A DNA stretch of 64,000 nt. It comes from Ginglymostoma cirratum. Taxonomy: Eukaryota. Numbering within the stretch: the first letter of the stretch is position 1; every line of letters begins with the position of its first letter. The stretch covers positions 3,730,192 to 3,794,191 of the forward strand of contig JAHRHZ010000105.1 in NCBI GenBank assembly GCA_024137785.1. Reading direction: 5' to 3'. Positions 39,353-52,364 of the stretch are shown here, piece by piece. The notes below the pieces were generated by a model. The model saw only the letters and a list, made by a program, of their open reading frames with translations. It was not told the origin of the DNA and did no database searches. Position numbers and translations under genes: made by a program.

Positions 39353-39696
39353 TTAAGAGGTCTGGAGATTTTCTGATGTGGACGATCTGGGCGAAGTGGA
39401 TGGAGAGGTAGTTGACGATTTGTCTGAACCGTCTCCAGTCTCCTTTGCAGTGTGAAGGGAGAAATGGGGTGCGAATCCTTCCTTCTCCCGCTTCTTCTGT
39501 TTCATCCTGCGGTTCTGGAACCAGATTTTTACTTGGGTTTCATTCAACTCGAGCGTTGCAGCTATCTCCACTCTCCTGGCGCGGGTCAGATACTTGTTAA
39601 AATGGAATTCTTTCTCCAGTTCTGTCAATTGCTTGGTGGTGAAATTGGTTCGCATTGTGTTCGTCTGACCACCTAACCCGTAATCAGCAATTCTGG
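39353..39696 (-). CDS. hoxb1: HoxB1 coding exon 2 (homeodomain)
   Basis: Acceptor TTCGTTTTTGCAG| with matching phase. Homeodomain [54 protein letters not shown]; ATLEL is HoxB1-type (HoxA1 has ASLQL). Spliced CDS 936 nt, 311 aa. Confidence 0.96.
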
Positions 39697-40462
39697 CTGC
39701 AAAAACGAAGAAGGAAATGTTAGACCGGACTTACATGAGCAGCTCCCAACCATCCCCCACTCCTCAGCATTAACCAGCAACTTCAGCACTTAGTGTCCCG
39801 GAACTTGATAGAGGCAAGAGATAAAACACAGCGCGAGGCTTTTAGGCTGAATTTACTTCATCTCATTGAACGACAAGATTCCAAAAAAAAACATTCAAAC
39901 TTCCAATGAAGGAGTATGATGTGATTGCAAAACACTTTTTCACCCTCCTGTTGATTTTTTTTCTAAGTCGTTTTAAAATATAAAGTATACAAAACCAAAC
40001 TAAATCTTAACTATTAATTTAGCAGCTTGCGCAACAGAAATGAAGCTACGCAGGGGAGAGTTATAGGGACAGACCTGCGTACAACACACTTATAGCCGCA
40101 GCCCAGCTTGCTACAAAGATCTGTCTGTCATTTTCAGGTCAGTTTCATAAATTATATCAACCGCACATTTATCAGTTATTTACTCCAATTGATTCCCGGA
40201 AGGGGGAGTGCCGAGCAAATGGGTGACGGTGAAACTCCACTTGAATACTGTAGGTCTTAATTAGCAAAGTTCAAATAGAGGGCAAAGTATTTTTCATTAC
40301 TTTGGAAGTTTTTTTGGATACAAGCTGATGTTACCGTCAGAATACTTCTGTCATTTGACGAAATTAATTTGTAAAAAGTAGCAAGCGAACGAATTGGCTT
40401 TTAGCCAGTTTTTGACTCACCGAACAGGTTATGGAATGGATTAGAGCGTTTCTCATACTAAC

Positions 40463-41054
40463 CTGTTTTGGGAGGATTTCTTTTCACTTTCATCCAGTCA
40501 AACGTCTGTCCCGAAGAGGACGAATCAGAGGTGCAAAGAGGTTCCTTCTCCCCCTCTTGAGATGGAGACAGATTAGCACAAATCCCATACGCCAAACCCT
40601 GTTGCTCTTGGCCGTAGGAATGCTGATACTGACCCGGCCCTGAGACACCACAATAACCGTCTGAAAGCTGGTTGATATTGGATGCTATATTGGCAGTGTA
40701 CCCCACGTTTTGAAAGTATGCCCCATCCGTTTCTTGATTGAAAAAGTAATGATGATTGTAACCCGAGTTGCAAGTTTGGGTCGTGTAGTTGTTGGGGCCT
40801 GAACTGGCGTATGGGTTCCCCAGACTGGAATGATGCGAGGAACTGGTTGACTGGTGCTGATGCTGGAATGCATTGTGTGCGTTTCCTCCTACTAAGAATC
40901 GTCCATCACCATTGCAATTGTCAACGTTACCTGCACAAGGAGCGAAAGCTGTTATCCCTTGTTCTGAATGGTGGTAACCCTTGGATGAGTAGGCGCTCGT
41001 CCCACGATTACAAATTGCGTACTCTAAGAACGAGTTCATCCTGGTATTGTCCAT
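40463..41054 (-). CDS. hoxb1: HoxB1 coding exon 1
   Basis: ATG at 41054 gives MDNTRMNSFLEYAICNRG (PG1 N-terminus; CNRG is B1-type) and ends in hexapeptide region TFDWMKVKRNPPKT. Phase-1 donor ACAG|GTTAGT. 592 nt. Confidence 0.95.
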
Positions 41055-41179
41055 CTGCCAGTGATGGACGGTCAACCTGTTCGGGATTCTCCCTGCCCCT
41101 GAAACCCCAAGCACTATGTCACCCAGTAAACTTCCTCCATGGCTCGCTGGCAATCAAACGATATCACTCAAGAGGACGT

Positions 41180-41202
41180 TCACGTGACCCCAAGTCGCCA
41201 AT
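41180..41202 (-). promoter_or_regulatory. HoxB1 proximal promoter motifs (E-box and CCAAT)
   Basis: Palindromic TCACGTGA (41180-41187) and CCAAT (41198-41202) between the ARE and the ATG. Confidence 0.55.
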
Positions 41203-41240
41203 GGCAAGGGGCCTCCTGATGTTAGTGAACTGCATGAGGT

Positions 41241-41305
41241 GATCCATCACCGCGGTGACATTTACATCACAAAAGCCTTCAATCAAAGTTACCGCATCAA
41301 TCTGA
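41241..41305 (-). promoter_or_regulatory. HoxB1 rhombomere-4 autoregulatory element (ARE)
   Basis: Minus strand: R1 AGATTGATG, R2 TGATTGAAG, Sox/Oct-like TTTTGTGATGTAAAT, R3 TGATGGAT. These are three Pbx/Hox repeats in canonical order about 190-250 bp upstream of the ATG. Confidence 0.9.
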
Positions 41306-44300
41306 TAGCAACACTTAAACGTCAAATCGGTCTTCAAAAAAAAGTGGTGGGGGCAGGGATGGTGGGGCTGTGCTGGGGAAGCGAAAGTTAGAATTACTCA
41401 AGATTGACTTTAAAGTGTTAAAAAGATTTGGTCAAAGCAAGAACCACAGCTGCTTACAAACCTGGCCATATAATCTTACTGAAGCACGGCAGAATTCAAG
41501 TAGGTAACTTAATATCTATCTTAATGTTTATTTTAAAAAAATATTGTATTGCAAGCAAAAAACGTTGCGTTATAGCCAATTCGAGCAATCTGTTTTTTTT
41601 AGAAGAATAAACCATGTGAAAGCTGGTTAGCCTTTCACATAAATAAGTCATGAAAGACAAGAGTAGATGGAAATGAAATAAACATCAAAATTTGAACAGA
41701 AAAAATGTGGAGGAATGGTTATAAAATAAAGTATCTGTTTGAAATGAGTTGCAATGATCTTTTGGCGATTGCTGCAGTGGATTAAAAGCTATGAGGTGTC
41801 CATATGATTTTTGGAAATGTAATGTTTCTCATGGGATGTTTGATAAAAGGGTCTCATAACAAACGTAATATAGATGAGTATTACCCTGTTAGAATTGCAT
41901 GTTGCTTAATTACCGCTTTTTTATGTCCCAATTTTGTAATTCGCTGGGATCTGCTATAGAGTCATAAAACCACGGGTTAAATTTGGAAGTATATTATAAT
42001 AAAACATACTTATGCTGTCATTCCTGTTACTTCAGTGTAACTGCACAGGGAATACAATGAAATACGAAACACTAAAAATACGATGTGAATCCGACAGAAT
42101 ATTTCCCATAATTTGAAAGATCAGCCCGGTGACACCATTAAAACAAAGATTATACATGTTTAAGAGGTCCATTACAATGGTGTAAAAGTGGTTATCTTGC
42201 GAAATTCATGCATCCAATTAATTCCTCAACAATATAATACTTTCAAGAAAGTAAGAGAAGTTGATTGTATGCTTTCGAATATTATCTTTAAAAATACGGC
42301 GAAATATTTACCTTATGGATTTTGAGACTGATCAAAGTTTATGGGCTCCTGAAATAGATGCACAGATGACAGCACTAGCGGAGAAATCAGTCATCTAATT
42401 TCTCAGTGGGTGCCGTAGATTACTTTCCAACACTGAGACTGAAGTTTTGACCACTCTAGACGAGGAAGCAGAGGGGGAGGGGTATGATTCTATGGATTAT
42501 AAATATTTCCTCGTTTAAAGTTTCGAAATGCATCTTACTTAAGTCAGCAAACTCAAGTTAACCAGAAGTGGCAGAAAAGCCTGACAAAGTGAATGGTGAT
42601 TATTCATATTTTGGCGGAATTGAAGGCATCTCAAACAATGTCCTTCACAGTTGAGTTTCGTTAGCTGTCAAGATATGTACTATTATCTCAACATTTAAGC
42701 ACGTTTAATATGTTTGACATAATAAGATGCTTTTCCCTTTATATTCTGGGTTATCACATATATACACACAGTTTAGTGGTGATTAGCTAGAAGCCCGGGG
42801 CCTACAATTATACTAATTTACTCAGTTAACAGAAAAAGATTAATTGTACAGTATGTGATGTGTCACTGTTGCACCTAGACATTCGAGCTGTTCGTCGTCC
42901 GCCATCTGCTAGGTTCATGGAGAGCTTATATTTTCTACATAATGATACCTTATCACTGTCACTGAATTCAAGAAACATTATTTTTGCCTTCACTCATTCA
43001 GTCGGTGAATCCATATGTCAAAGGCAGCTCTGGCAGCGAGCAATTTAAATGTTTGATGTCAGCTCCATTTTACTGCTGCTTATTATTGCATTTTTCCCTT
43101 CAGGGATGGGTGGGGGAGGAAAGAGAGAAAGAAATAAGGATAAAGATGGATAAATTGAAATACAAAGGGAGGAATACGAAGAAAAAGAAGCAGAAAGGGA
43201 AAAGCATAGTAATCGAGAAGTGCAGGCGAATAACTGAGAAAGTGAGAAAGACAAAGGTGTCCGGAGAAATGGGAACCAGAACGATTCAAAAAGTACAAGA
43301 GAAAAAGAAAGCACGATGGGTACACGACCTGAGCCAAGGAGAGAGATACAAATAAGGTTTTTAAATTATCTAACCATAATTAAATTTTCACTAGGTGAGA
43401 CCTGTAGGCGTAATTCCAACTAACAGAATTCCGAAAGAGGTCCTCAATACCAAATGATGATCCACAAAAAAAAAACACACTCACGAATCTTCGGATTGCA
43501 ATATAATCTTTAAGTAACTCAGCAAAGTTTTATTGTAGCAGAGTTCCAAAAGTCACTACTTGCTGCGATTTCACTGGACTAATGATTTAACACGTGGTGA
43601 CACAGGAGTGTGACCAAGAGCCATAAATGCTGTTCATCTACCAGCTGCTTTTGCAGGGTGCCAGATGTAGCCAATGTTGGCCACATAAAGGATTGGACCT
43701 CTGTTAAAACTTCTGGGCCAGTAAACCTGCACAACGTGTGAAGCAGAAGCCTTGCCAATGTTGCCTATATTTGTTGTGTTTAGTGAAAATAGATCTGCGG
43801 CCGACTACGCATCCACGTATAGCTTTACGCCTAATATGAAAGACATTTAATAAATCACTTGGAAATAACTGTACTGACACGGATTACTTAATAATCTAGC
43901 AATTTCCATTTAAGCTCCGTGTAAATGGAAAGAGGCTGGTTGACAGAAATGAATAGTACTTTCAATCCATACTGGATTCCTTTATTGATTAGGATAGTTG
44001 GGAAGTGGACGTGATGCATTTGATACCGAATAATGCAATATTGACGACAAGTATTTAGCTGAAGTGAGCGAAAATACATTCATTTTAACTGGTCCATATT
44101 CTAATCTTTGACGAAAGATAAAAAAAAGGTCTATAGTGCGCTGAAACTAGACGAACCTTCTCTATCTGGCCGGAAGTGCACTATCTGCTCAGAATTCGTT
44201 TTCACTCCTGAAATGCGAACTCACTTTATTTTCAATCCAGCAGGTATATGAAACCTGGACTGATTCGGGATTGGCGCTGCTCTTTTTAACACGACGTTGC

Positions 44301-47300
44301 AAATTTTCTTTGCTTGTATTACAGAGAATAAAGACAAATGCCATAATTTAGTAAGATTGTAAACCACTCCGTCAATATTCTAGACTTCAGTTGTAGATGA
44401 TTCCCCCAACAGTGAAACATTCTTCTTGTAGATCCCTCTCTGATGTCAGCTTCCTTGAGCAATATGGTAACACAGTTATATCTCTGTGCTTCATCCAATC
44501 CCAGTGCCTACCACAGCAGTCGTGCTGGATTCAAATTACTCAGAAAAACTGATAGCTGTATCTTTATCCCCTCTACCTAAAACCCCCTTTTTTTGTCTCC
44601 AGTCTTTAATTCACAATAATATCGCCTCTCGATTGAAGGGGACGATATTTCGAGCACACGGTATTTCTCAAAGATTTAAGAACTGTGTTACTTGAGAAAC
44701 AAAAAAGAACTGTCAAATACTTCATTCTGGTTTTGTAAAGCGTGAATTATATCTCCTCATCAGGGCATCGACTTGATACTAATATACTGATTCCGTCTTA
44801 AGGGGGCACTGATGTCTGGAGTACCACATGAGGTCCAGCTGCACTACTGAATAATCGGTAAGAGTGCCCCTAATCACACAGCTGAGTTAAGCATTGTGGT
44901 CTGATTCCATCCGAAACTCTTCCTCTGTACTGTGGTCTTCCCAAGGCACCAATATGAACCAGATGTGAAGTCTCACTGGATTAAAATATCAGAAACGTTT
45001 TAGTCGGGGGTAAAAAGGAGAAGCTAGAAAACAGTAAGATAGCTGATGAATGGAGGTGAGATAAAGAAAAGTGGTTTAGGATTTGAGAGCGAAAGGGCAG
45101 TGGAAAATAAAATGAAGCCAAGATCAAGAAAGAGCTCGGCAGTTTTGAGGCCCTGGTAATGAATGCGTTAAAGAGCCAACGGGGTTTTGTTTTGGGAAGG
45201 GTGGGTTTAATAACGAGAAAGGGGAAATGCTGCACTGTTGAAGTTGATGTCTTTTACAAAGTCGTTTTTAATGTGTTATATTCAGGTAAAAGCTTAGCGC
45301 ATTCAGTTGCCATAGCGACATGAGCGCTGGCAGCAGTTGTCCATTTTCGAGGGTCTGACGGGATAGCATCTGCGGAAAAAATAAACCCTGGCGCTAGGTT
45401 AGTACCTCACACTCTGTGTATGGTGGAAAGTGAAGAAGCTGTGGACAGAAAAGAAATGGAACATTTCAAAAACGAGAAACCATGCGGTCTGTTGTCGGCT
45501 ATTATGTTTCAGCCGCAGTTACTGGACAGTTCAATACGCAGAGACGATAGGAGTCCATCACTCCCTGGCAATGATTTGTAGATTTCTGTGTGAACAAGAG
45601 AAAAGGTCTTTAAAGCATAACTCAGCATATCCCAAGGCTTTTAAGGGTTTAATTTAGCGACTAGTAATACAGCAGTCCAATGCCTGGCATTACTCATTTT
45701 GACTTATGTAATCGTTTTATTATTGACATTTAGTGTTTAATTGTTAAATTTATTACAGTATTTGTTTTCTTAAATAATATTTAAGTTTTATTTCAGCCAT
45801 GTATTTATTGGCTTCCCAGATTTGAACCAATCAGGCTACATGGAGAAATATGTCTGAACGATTGATTTTAAATTTATGAAATTGATCAGAAATTGACAAG
45901 TAGGAGGAGGAAAAAGGGATACAATGTGTGTTTAAGGAAGGTCGGATTGAGTGGTTGGTTCCCATTTATTAAGGCTGTTCTGTGGGCATAGAATTGATTT
46001 GTAATTGTCACTGGCGTGTTCCCTGGACGTGAAGCAAGTTTTACTGGTCATTATGCTATGTAAAGAGGTGCTCGTTAGAGATTTGTATCGATAACACGTC
46101 AAGGTTTGCACACGTAAGTTGAAGGAGTTTGTACTCAATTAAACTGTCATGCACTTATATTGGAACAAAGCAGAGCACATAACTCTACGGCAAGGTTAAA
46201 TCTTAGAATTTCCTGGAGTCTCCGCCCTCAGACAATATTGAATACATAAACAGAGTTCTTCTATCCAAGGGAATTAAGCTTTCAATATGGTCTTAAGAAT
46301 TATTTAATAGATAATGGAATTCTATTTCTATTCCTCTCTAATCACACATTTCCATTTGCTCTCCCATTGTGTCTGTGCCTGCTTTTATTTTCCCCTCTCC
46401 AGTTCTTTGTATCTCTCTGTGTCTACTTATCCTGTACGTTCCGATCTCAAACTTTTCTATTTTTTCCAGCTCTTCCCAGCCCATTTTAACGTCACGTATT
46501 CATACTTTGGTTTTTGCTTTCTCTCACACTGTGGTTTCCTGTCTTTTTTTTTGCGGTGCCTCACTATATTTCACACCATAAAGGGCGAAACCTGTTATTG
46601 TTAAAATAAAGTAATATTGTCATGTTTCTTGTCCTTAAACCAGGATATCTTCTTGTGTGATTTGTAGTTTTCTATCGAATATTCCATTGCGAACTCATCG
46701 AGCAACGAGTTGAACTGCAGTCTGTGCTACAAGTAGCTTTGAATAGGAGGCCTGCTTATTTCAATAGGGACTGTGCCTAAAAGATGAAGTATAGAGCAAC
46801 AAACGAACAGATTGACTGAAGGAGCCACAAACAAAGGGGAACGCGGTGGAAAGTTAAGAAATGACTTGATGTTGTAAGCATTTCAAGGTTTATTTAAAAG
46901 CATTCCGAAAGAAAATTTGGGATTTTAAAATGGAATTGAACAAAGATGAGAAAGAAGTGCAAGTAAAAATTAGTAGGAGAATAATTAGCAGACAGTGATA
47001 GTGTTTTGTGTTTTACACACACGCGGCGCCATTTTGAGGCTGCATAAGGCAGACCTTGTGATCCTGATATTTGCAACATTTTCTGTGGAGCATTTCCGAG
47101 GCCGTACCAAATTCCTGCCTTTCTTGGGAAATACCATGACTAGGCAAATGCGTAATATGATTTATTTTTTATGTCACTCCGATTGATTTCTCAAGATGAC
47201 CCCCCTCATTCATAAAGCAGCTTGATGCATGAGTTTAAGCCAAAAAAATTACATCTTGTAAATAAACCTCCCTTGGCAGAGTGAAGAGGGCGGGGGTTGG

Positions 47301-49302
47301 GGGCGAAAAAGTGGAGCACCATTGCGAATAAAGATGAAGTCTTGATCGACGTTGTTAGTTATTTTCTGGCCATTTGCACAAAGCCTATTCCTCTCACGCT
47401 CTTTGTCGAGCAACGTTTTCCCCATCTTAAGCTACAGTTTGGCCGCCATCTCTTATACTGTCGCAGCTGTTCTTCTGGCTTTCGTTTCTATTTTTATTTC
47501 TAAATTTGATATCTAGTGCTCCAAAGTTTACGTTTTAATTTCCTCGCCATCTTTCCCTCTCGCTATTAGTTTCATCGCGATACTGTTAAACATCAGAGAG
47601 AAAGTGACAATTGCATCGGCAGCATTCAATCCCAGACTCATAGGTGCCCCCAAGATTAGAGTCACTTAGTGTCAGTCCCAGCCCAAGAAATAGAAAGACT
47701 TAGACAGGGGAAGGATACCCGGCTGCAAAGAACACCCCCTCCCGTCATAAAAACAGCGCCGGTTGATTCGAAAGGTGAGTAGCTTTGAGGCCATTCTATT
47801 CAACATGGGATAACTTGATGGGGAACGGACAGTAAAAATAGCGCATCGCACGAGCTAAATGGAGATTCAAGAAACCCCATAGCTGATTTCTTTTAACAGT
47901 GAAATTTAAATGCCTCCATTCAGTCAGAGCAAAGAAGCAAATCCAAATGGACGAATAGACCCGGAATCACTCTGACACTCCCTCCCCAACACCGACCTTT
48001 GTGTTTGTAATGTGTCTTTTGTGTGTCTTTACATTTTAATGTCCAGTTTTATCTTCTAAGATATTCCAGTACAGTTTAAGTTAAATTTTAAATGACCATT
48101 CTGCACAATAAAATCAATTTCAACACAAAGTGACCACTCTGCCCATCAAGCCTATAATAGTTCATGCTCCAGGTTGGCATAGCTACCAAATCCAAGTTCC
48201 CTCATCAGTTACTTCTTCAGGTAGTTTTCTGTTGAATTGCTTTGTAACTTTAGAAGGTTGAGTGGTTTGTTTTCCCAGAAACTGACGGAATTAGGGGGCT
48301 GGAAACCTCACCTCTCTGAGCTTGATTGGGGACCTCATCACTTTGATTCACAAATGGGTGGGGGCGGGGACAGAACTTAAAAACAGAGAGAAATTGCATT
48401 AGCAATCTAAAATGCGATTAGCTTTTAAGAATTTCATTTGGTCTACTCATTTCACTGAACCATCTCCAAGCGCATGACGACCCTTATATAATATACAACA
48501 CATATCAATTGAGTGAACACCTTGTTTAGAGAGGAATTCGAAGGATGATAAGACATTTGGTTATCCATTCTGTTTGCTGCTTAAAGCGATAGGTTGGCAC
48601 AACACCTAGATTATATAACGCCTGACATTTTACTATCCCAGATCTGGCGTGACCGATTCGCGTAGGTACCTTCTGGTAGATATAAATACTATGATTTACT
48701 AATTTCAAACACATGCGTTTTACTTTTTTTTGTCAGTTTACAGCGAACATTTTCTGCATGCGCTATTTCTGATCTAATTCTTGATGCAAATATTTCGAAA
48801 ATAATAGTACTAACGCTAACAGTCACCTTGAAACACAGAGAGTAAAGGTTCATTAAAGAATTAAGTCATTTTATTTAAACTATGAAAATAATGTACAATA
48901 AATAATTTAAAATTCACTTATAATAAATAGGCTACCGCTAAAACATAAAGTAAATCATCACAGTTTTTTTGGAACCCGTAAGGTAAAACAGTTTTGCTAT
49001 GAATACAATCCCCGTATATGTTTTCCTGAGTTAGTGAATAAGGGGAATCTACAATTTTTTCACGGTTTTAACATAATTTAGGAAACTGAAACTGAATAAA
49101 ACTGTATCTGTTTAAATACCTGTTCAATAAAGACTGCAATTCTTGTAGACTCCGGGTCAAGGCTGATGGATACACTATTTACTGTGAGATCAATTCTATA
49201 TTTTTCTTTAATATTCCACATTATTGTAATTTAAATAGGAAATACTGAACATATTATTAAACAAGGCTGCATTTCTACACGGTCCCTAAAGCTTGCGAAT
49301 TG

Positions 49303-50018
49303 CTACTGATTCTTAAGGTGTTGCAAGTCTATTGTGCACAGAGCGCTGGTGAAAAAATCAAAACTGTCCTCGGGGATATCCACAGGACTGTCGATGGAAC
49401 CCTGCAAGCTGGGAGATAATCCATCGGAGAACGGCAGATAGGAATCCGAAGAAAACATGTTTAAATCTGCTAGGGAGACCAATTCGAGGGCCTCATGACT
49501 GAGAGTGTCCAAACCCGAGCTACAAGTCTGGCCTATTGTAAACCCGTTTTCAGCACTGGCTGTCAGATAGAAGGGGCTCTTAGCTTTTCCGTCGCTACCG
49601 CATACAGCCAGATCCTGCAGGTTTTGGAGTTCTTTGTTAAGTGTGTGTTGAATTTGCTTTCTTCCTTGTTCGGCGCAATTTTTACTGTCTAAGTAGGTTC
49701 CTGATGCTCCCACGGTTTGGCTGAACGGTGACGACTCCTCGCCTTTGTCCTCTGGAAGCGAACTGATAGAAAAACTAACTTCCCCCTCTTGATTTTCTTT
49801 ATACTGTGCTTGCCTCTTGTGCTTCATGCGTCGGTTCTGAAACCACACTTTAACTTGCCTCTCGGTCAGGTCGAGAAGGGCCGCGATCTCCACTCTGCGT
49901 GGCCTGCACAAATATTTGTTGAAGTGAAATTCTTTCTCTAGTTCCAAGAGTTGCGTGTTCGTGTACGCTGTCCTGAGTCTCCGGGAGCTGTTGCTGATTT
50001 CCTGTTCACACTGGCCTT
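49303..50018 (-). CDS. hoxb2: HoxB2 coding exon 2 (homeodomain)
   Basis: CT-rich tract then TAG| acceptor. [59 protein letters not shown]; C-terminus [15 protein letters not shown]. Lies between HoxB1 and HoxB3. Spliced protein 357 aa. Confidence 0.93.
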
Positions 50019-50632
50019 CTACCCAGAGATGTGTAACGAGAGAAAGCGAGAAAGAAAGAACGTGAGGAGAAGTGAAAGTGAATGTTTAACATGCACATTG
50101 AAAAGAATTGCGATAGCTTCTGTTGGGCAGAAGCCATTCTTTCACAAATTAGATTGAAACTAGCCTTGTGAAAGCTTCTTTCCTGCAAGCTTCGATAAGA
50201 TGCTTTACACTTTACATAAATAACCTCAACATTGACACATTCGTGCAGCAGAACGGATGCTTTCCCTTTCTCGAGTTGCTGGAGCTTTATAAGAGTTTGA
50301 GCAACATGGCGGCCGAGAATAAAAATATCAGAATCTACAATATATCGAAATACTTTGGCAACGTTACTCGCGTATTGAAACAACATTACATAAATGATTG
50401 CAATAAATAGGCATTTTAATACCAAGTGCTGGATCCTTCAGACAATTAGAAATGCTTTTCATAAATTAAGCAGCAACAAATTCCAGACTAATCTATGCTT
50501 TGTTGCGTGTTGTCATCTACCCTCTAATTGGTATAGATACCATACGCTAAAGTTTGAGTTTTGTAAATTAGATGTTTTGAAAAACATTGCTTATCTAAAC
50601 GATGCAGAGAAAGTCTGGGCTTTGGGGCAGAC

Positions 50633-50990
50633 CTGTCGGAGACTCCGCCGTCTGAGAGGACCCAGGGACCGGAGCTGACAATGACAGAGGTGTCTCGTTT
50701 TTTTTCGACTTTTTCTCTTTCATCCACGGGAACTCGGCCGCGGCAGCAGATGGGAATAGGCCATTTGGAGGCCGCTTTTCGCGACTTGGCCGCGGCTGGC
50801 TGCTGCTGGGATTCAAGCTCGGGATAGTCTGCTCAAAAGGAGGAGGAATTAGTGTCGAGTGTGAAAGCGTCGAGTTCTTGATTGATGAACTTTGAAATGT
50901 ATCAGCGACAGCAGGGAAGGACGTCAGGCATTCGGCGAGCGAAGGCTGGCTGTTAATAAAACCTATCTCTCGCTCCAATTCGAAATTCAT
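50633..50990 (-). CDS. hoxb2: HoxB2 coding exon 1
   Basis: [28 protein letters not shown] is the PG2 N-terminus; hexapeptide EFPWMKEKK. Phase-1 donor ACAG|GTCTGC is weak but the phase fits exon 2. Confidence 0.92.
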
Positions 50991-51140
50991 GGCCTTCGTA
51001 ATCCCAAATGGAAAAAAAAGTTATGAATATCGAGAAAAATAATATTTTCAGGCTTTAATTCTGTATCTCTGATATTACAAGGCGTATGGAGACCGACTCT
51101 ATTAAACTGTGGACTAGATTGAAATTGGACCAAATTCGTT

Positions 51141-51168
51141 GTCACATGATTGGCGTTGCCCAATAGCA
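51141..51168 (-). promoter_or_regulatory. HoxB2 proximal promoter (CCAAT boxes, CACATG E-box)
   Basis: GTCACATGATTGG...CCAAT about 150-180 bp upstream of the HoxB2 ATG. Confidence 0.45.
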
Positions 51169-52047
51169 ATTTGTTGTCTATGAAAAGAAATCATTATCTC
51201 TGCAATTGATCCAAAAAGTGAAGAAACAAATTATTCCACTTTATTTTACCGTCAGAATTTTAAAATTGACTTCAGAATTTTTGCAATCATTCTCGCGATA
51301 TTTCTTCGTTTTTAAGAAGCCTGAAAACTGATTTTTGCAAAAGAATTCTGCCAATTAGAGTATTTTGCAATTCAAGTGAAGACGATTTGCACCTAAAATC
51401 TGGCGGCTTGAGTAATTAACAAGGTACCTCATTAATCTTCAAAGTTTTGACAAGAGGGCCAGTAACAAAATAGAACTTTCACAAGATCAGCCAGGCAGTT
51501 GCAATTTGCCTGTAGGAAAGTTCTAAACCCTTCAAATGGTTGTATCATTGGACACAATTCACTAAAAGTGCTTTTTCTAATTATCGAACGGAAATAAATG
51601 CTATTACAGTAGTTTTACAAAGCAGTGAAGAGGGTTCTGAAACCAGGTAAGTATCTGATTTTAATTTGAGGAAGCTTTGAAATTATGAGAAAGTGTTAAA
51701 TAACTATTTTAACTCATTTGATCTATATCAGAAGAAAGTTATTGCAATAGTTTTTAAAAATCAATTTATTTATCTATCGATCCATTAATTCCTCCAGCCC
51801 TATGCAACCCTTTTAAACAGTTTTATTTGGGTATTTTAAATTGGTTTGATCCAAAGGCTTACTTAGTAGTATGCAAGTTAATTGAGAACTTATTTTCCCT
51901 GTTTACTTGTTTAGCAAAAACTCGAGGCTGTGTAAAATTGAGACATCCCTATTTTTGAAAAAGTTGTTGCAAAGTGTAGCTAGCGTGAGAGCTACAACAG
52001 AATTTTTTGTTTAAAAACTGAACCCAAGAAGGAACTGAAGGCGGCCT

Positions 52048-52080
52048 CGATCAATCTTTTCCCACAGAAGAGCTTGACAG
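52048..52080 (-). promoter_or_regulatory. HoxB2 r4 enhancer: Meis/Prep site plus Pbx/Hox site
   Basis: Minus strand CTGTCA, 17 bp spacer, AGATTGATCG; same cores as the mouse Hoxb2 r4 enhancer; about 1.06 kb upstream of the ATG. Confidence 0.8.
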
Positions 52081-52364
52081 CTAAGCCTTGGGAGCAAACA
52101 CTGAAGAATTCGCCTCCCCATATCAATTGCCAGGAAGCGAGATTGGCCTTCCTTTTTGACCATCTTTCTTAAAAAAAAGGGCGAAATGCATTTATTTTAA
52201 AATAAAACGTCCCAAACACAGAGATTAGTCGTGAATCATCGACTTAAAGAGAACCAAGAGACTACAAATGCAAACATATAGTTACAGGACAACACTTTTA
52301 AGTTTTGAAGAGAAAAAGCACAAAACATTGCGTTGGCTCATTTTGTAACCCCTCGTGGTAAAAC

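Noticed and set aside
41055-41153. 33-codon in-frame N-terminal extension of HoxB1 in the ORF track
   Set aside because: It starts at TTG; the conserved PG1 start is MDNTRMNS at 41054.
40811-41242. 143-aa plus-strand ORF antisense to HoxB1 (likewise 56070-56402 against HoxB3)
   Set aside because: Shadow ORFs of coding exons with no recognisable protein features.
42912-42928. GGTTCA-TGGAG-AGCTTA as a 5' HoxB1 RARE
   Set aside because: The second half-site has two mismatches. I also found no convincing match to the amniote 5' repressive DR2.
42984-43355. Lys/Glu-rich 123-aa ORF
   Set aside because: It arises from a purine-rich low-complexity tract.
44790-44810. CTCF-like AAGGGGGCAC
   Set aside because: Only the 3' half of the motif matches; it cannot be supported without a PWM or ChIP data.
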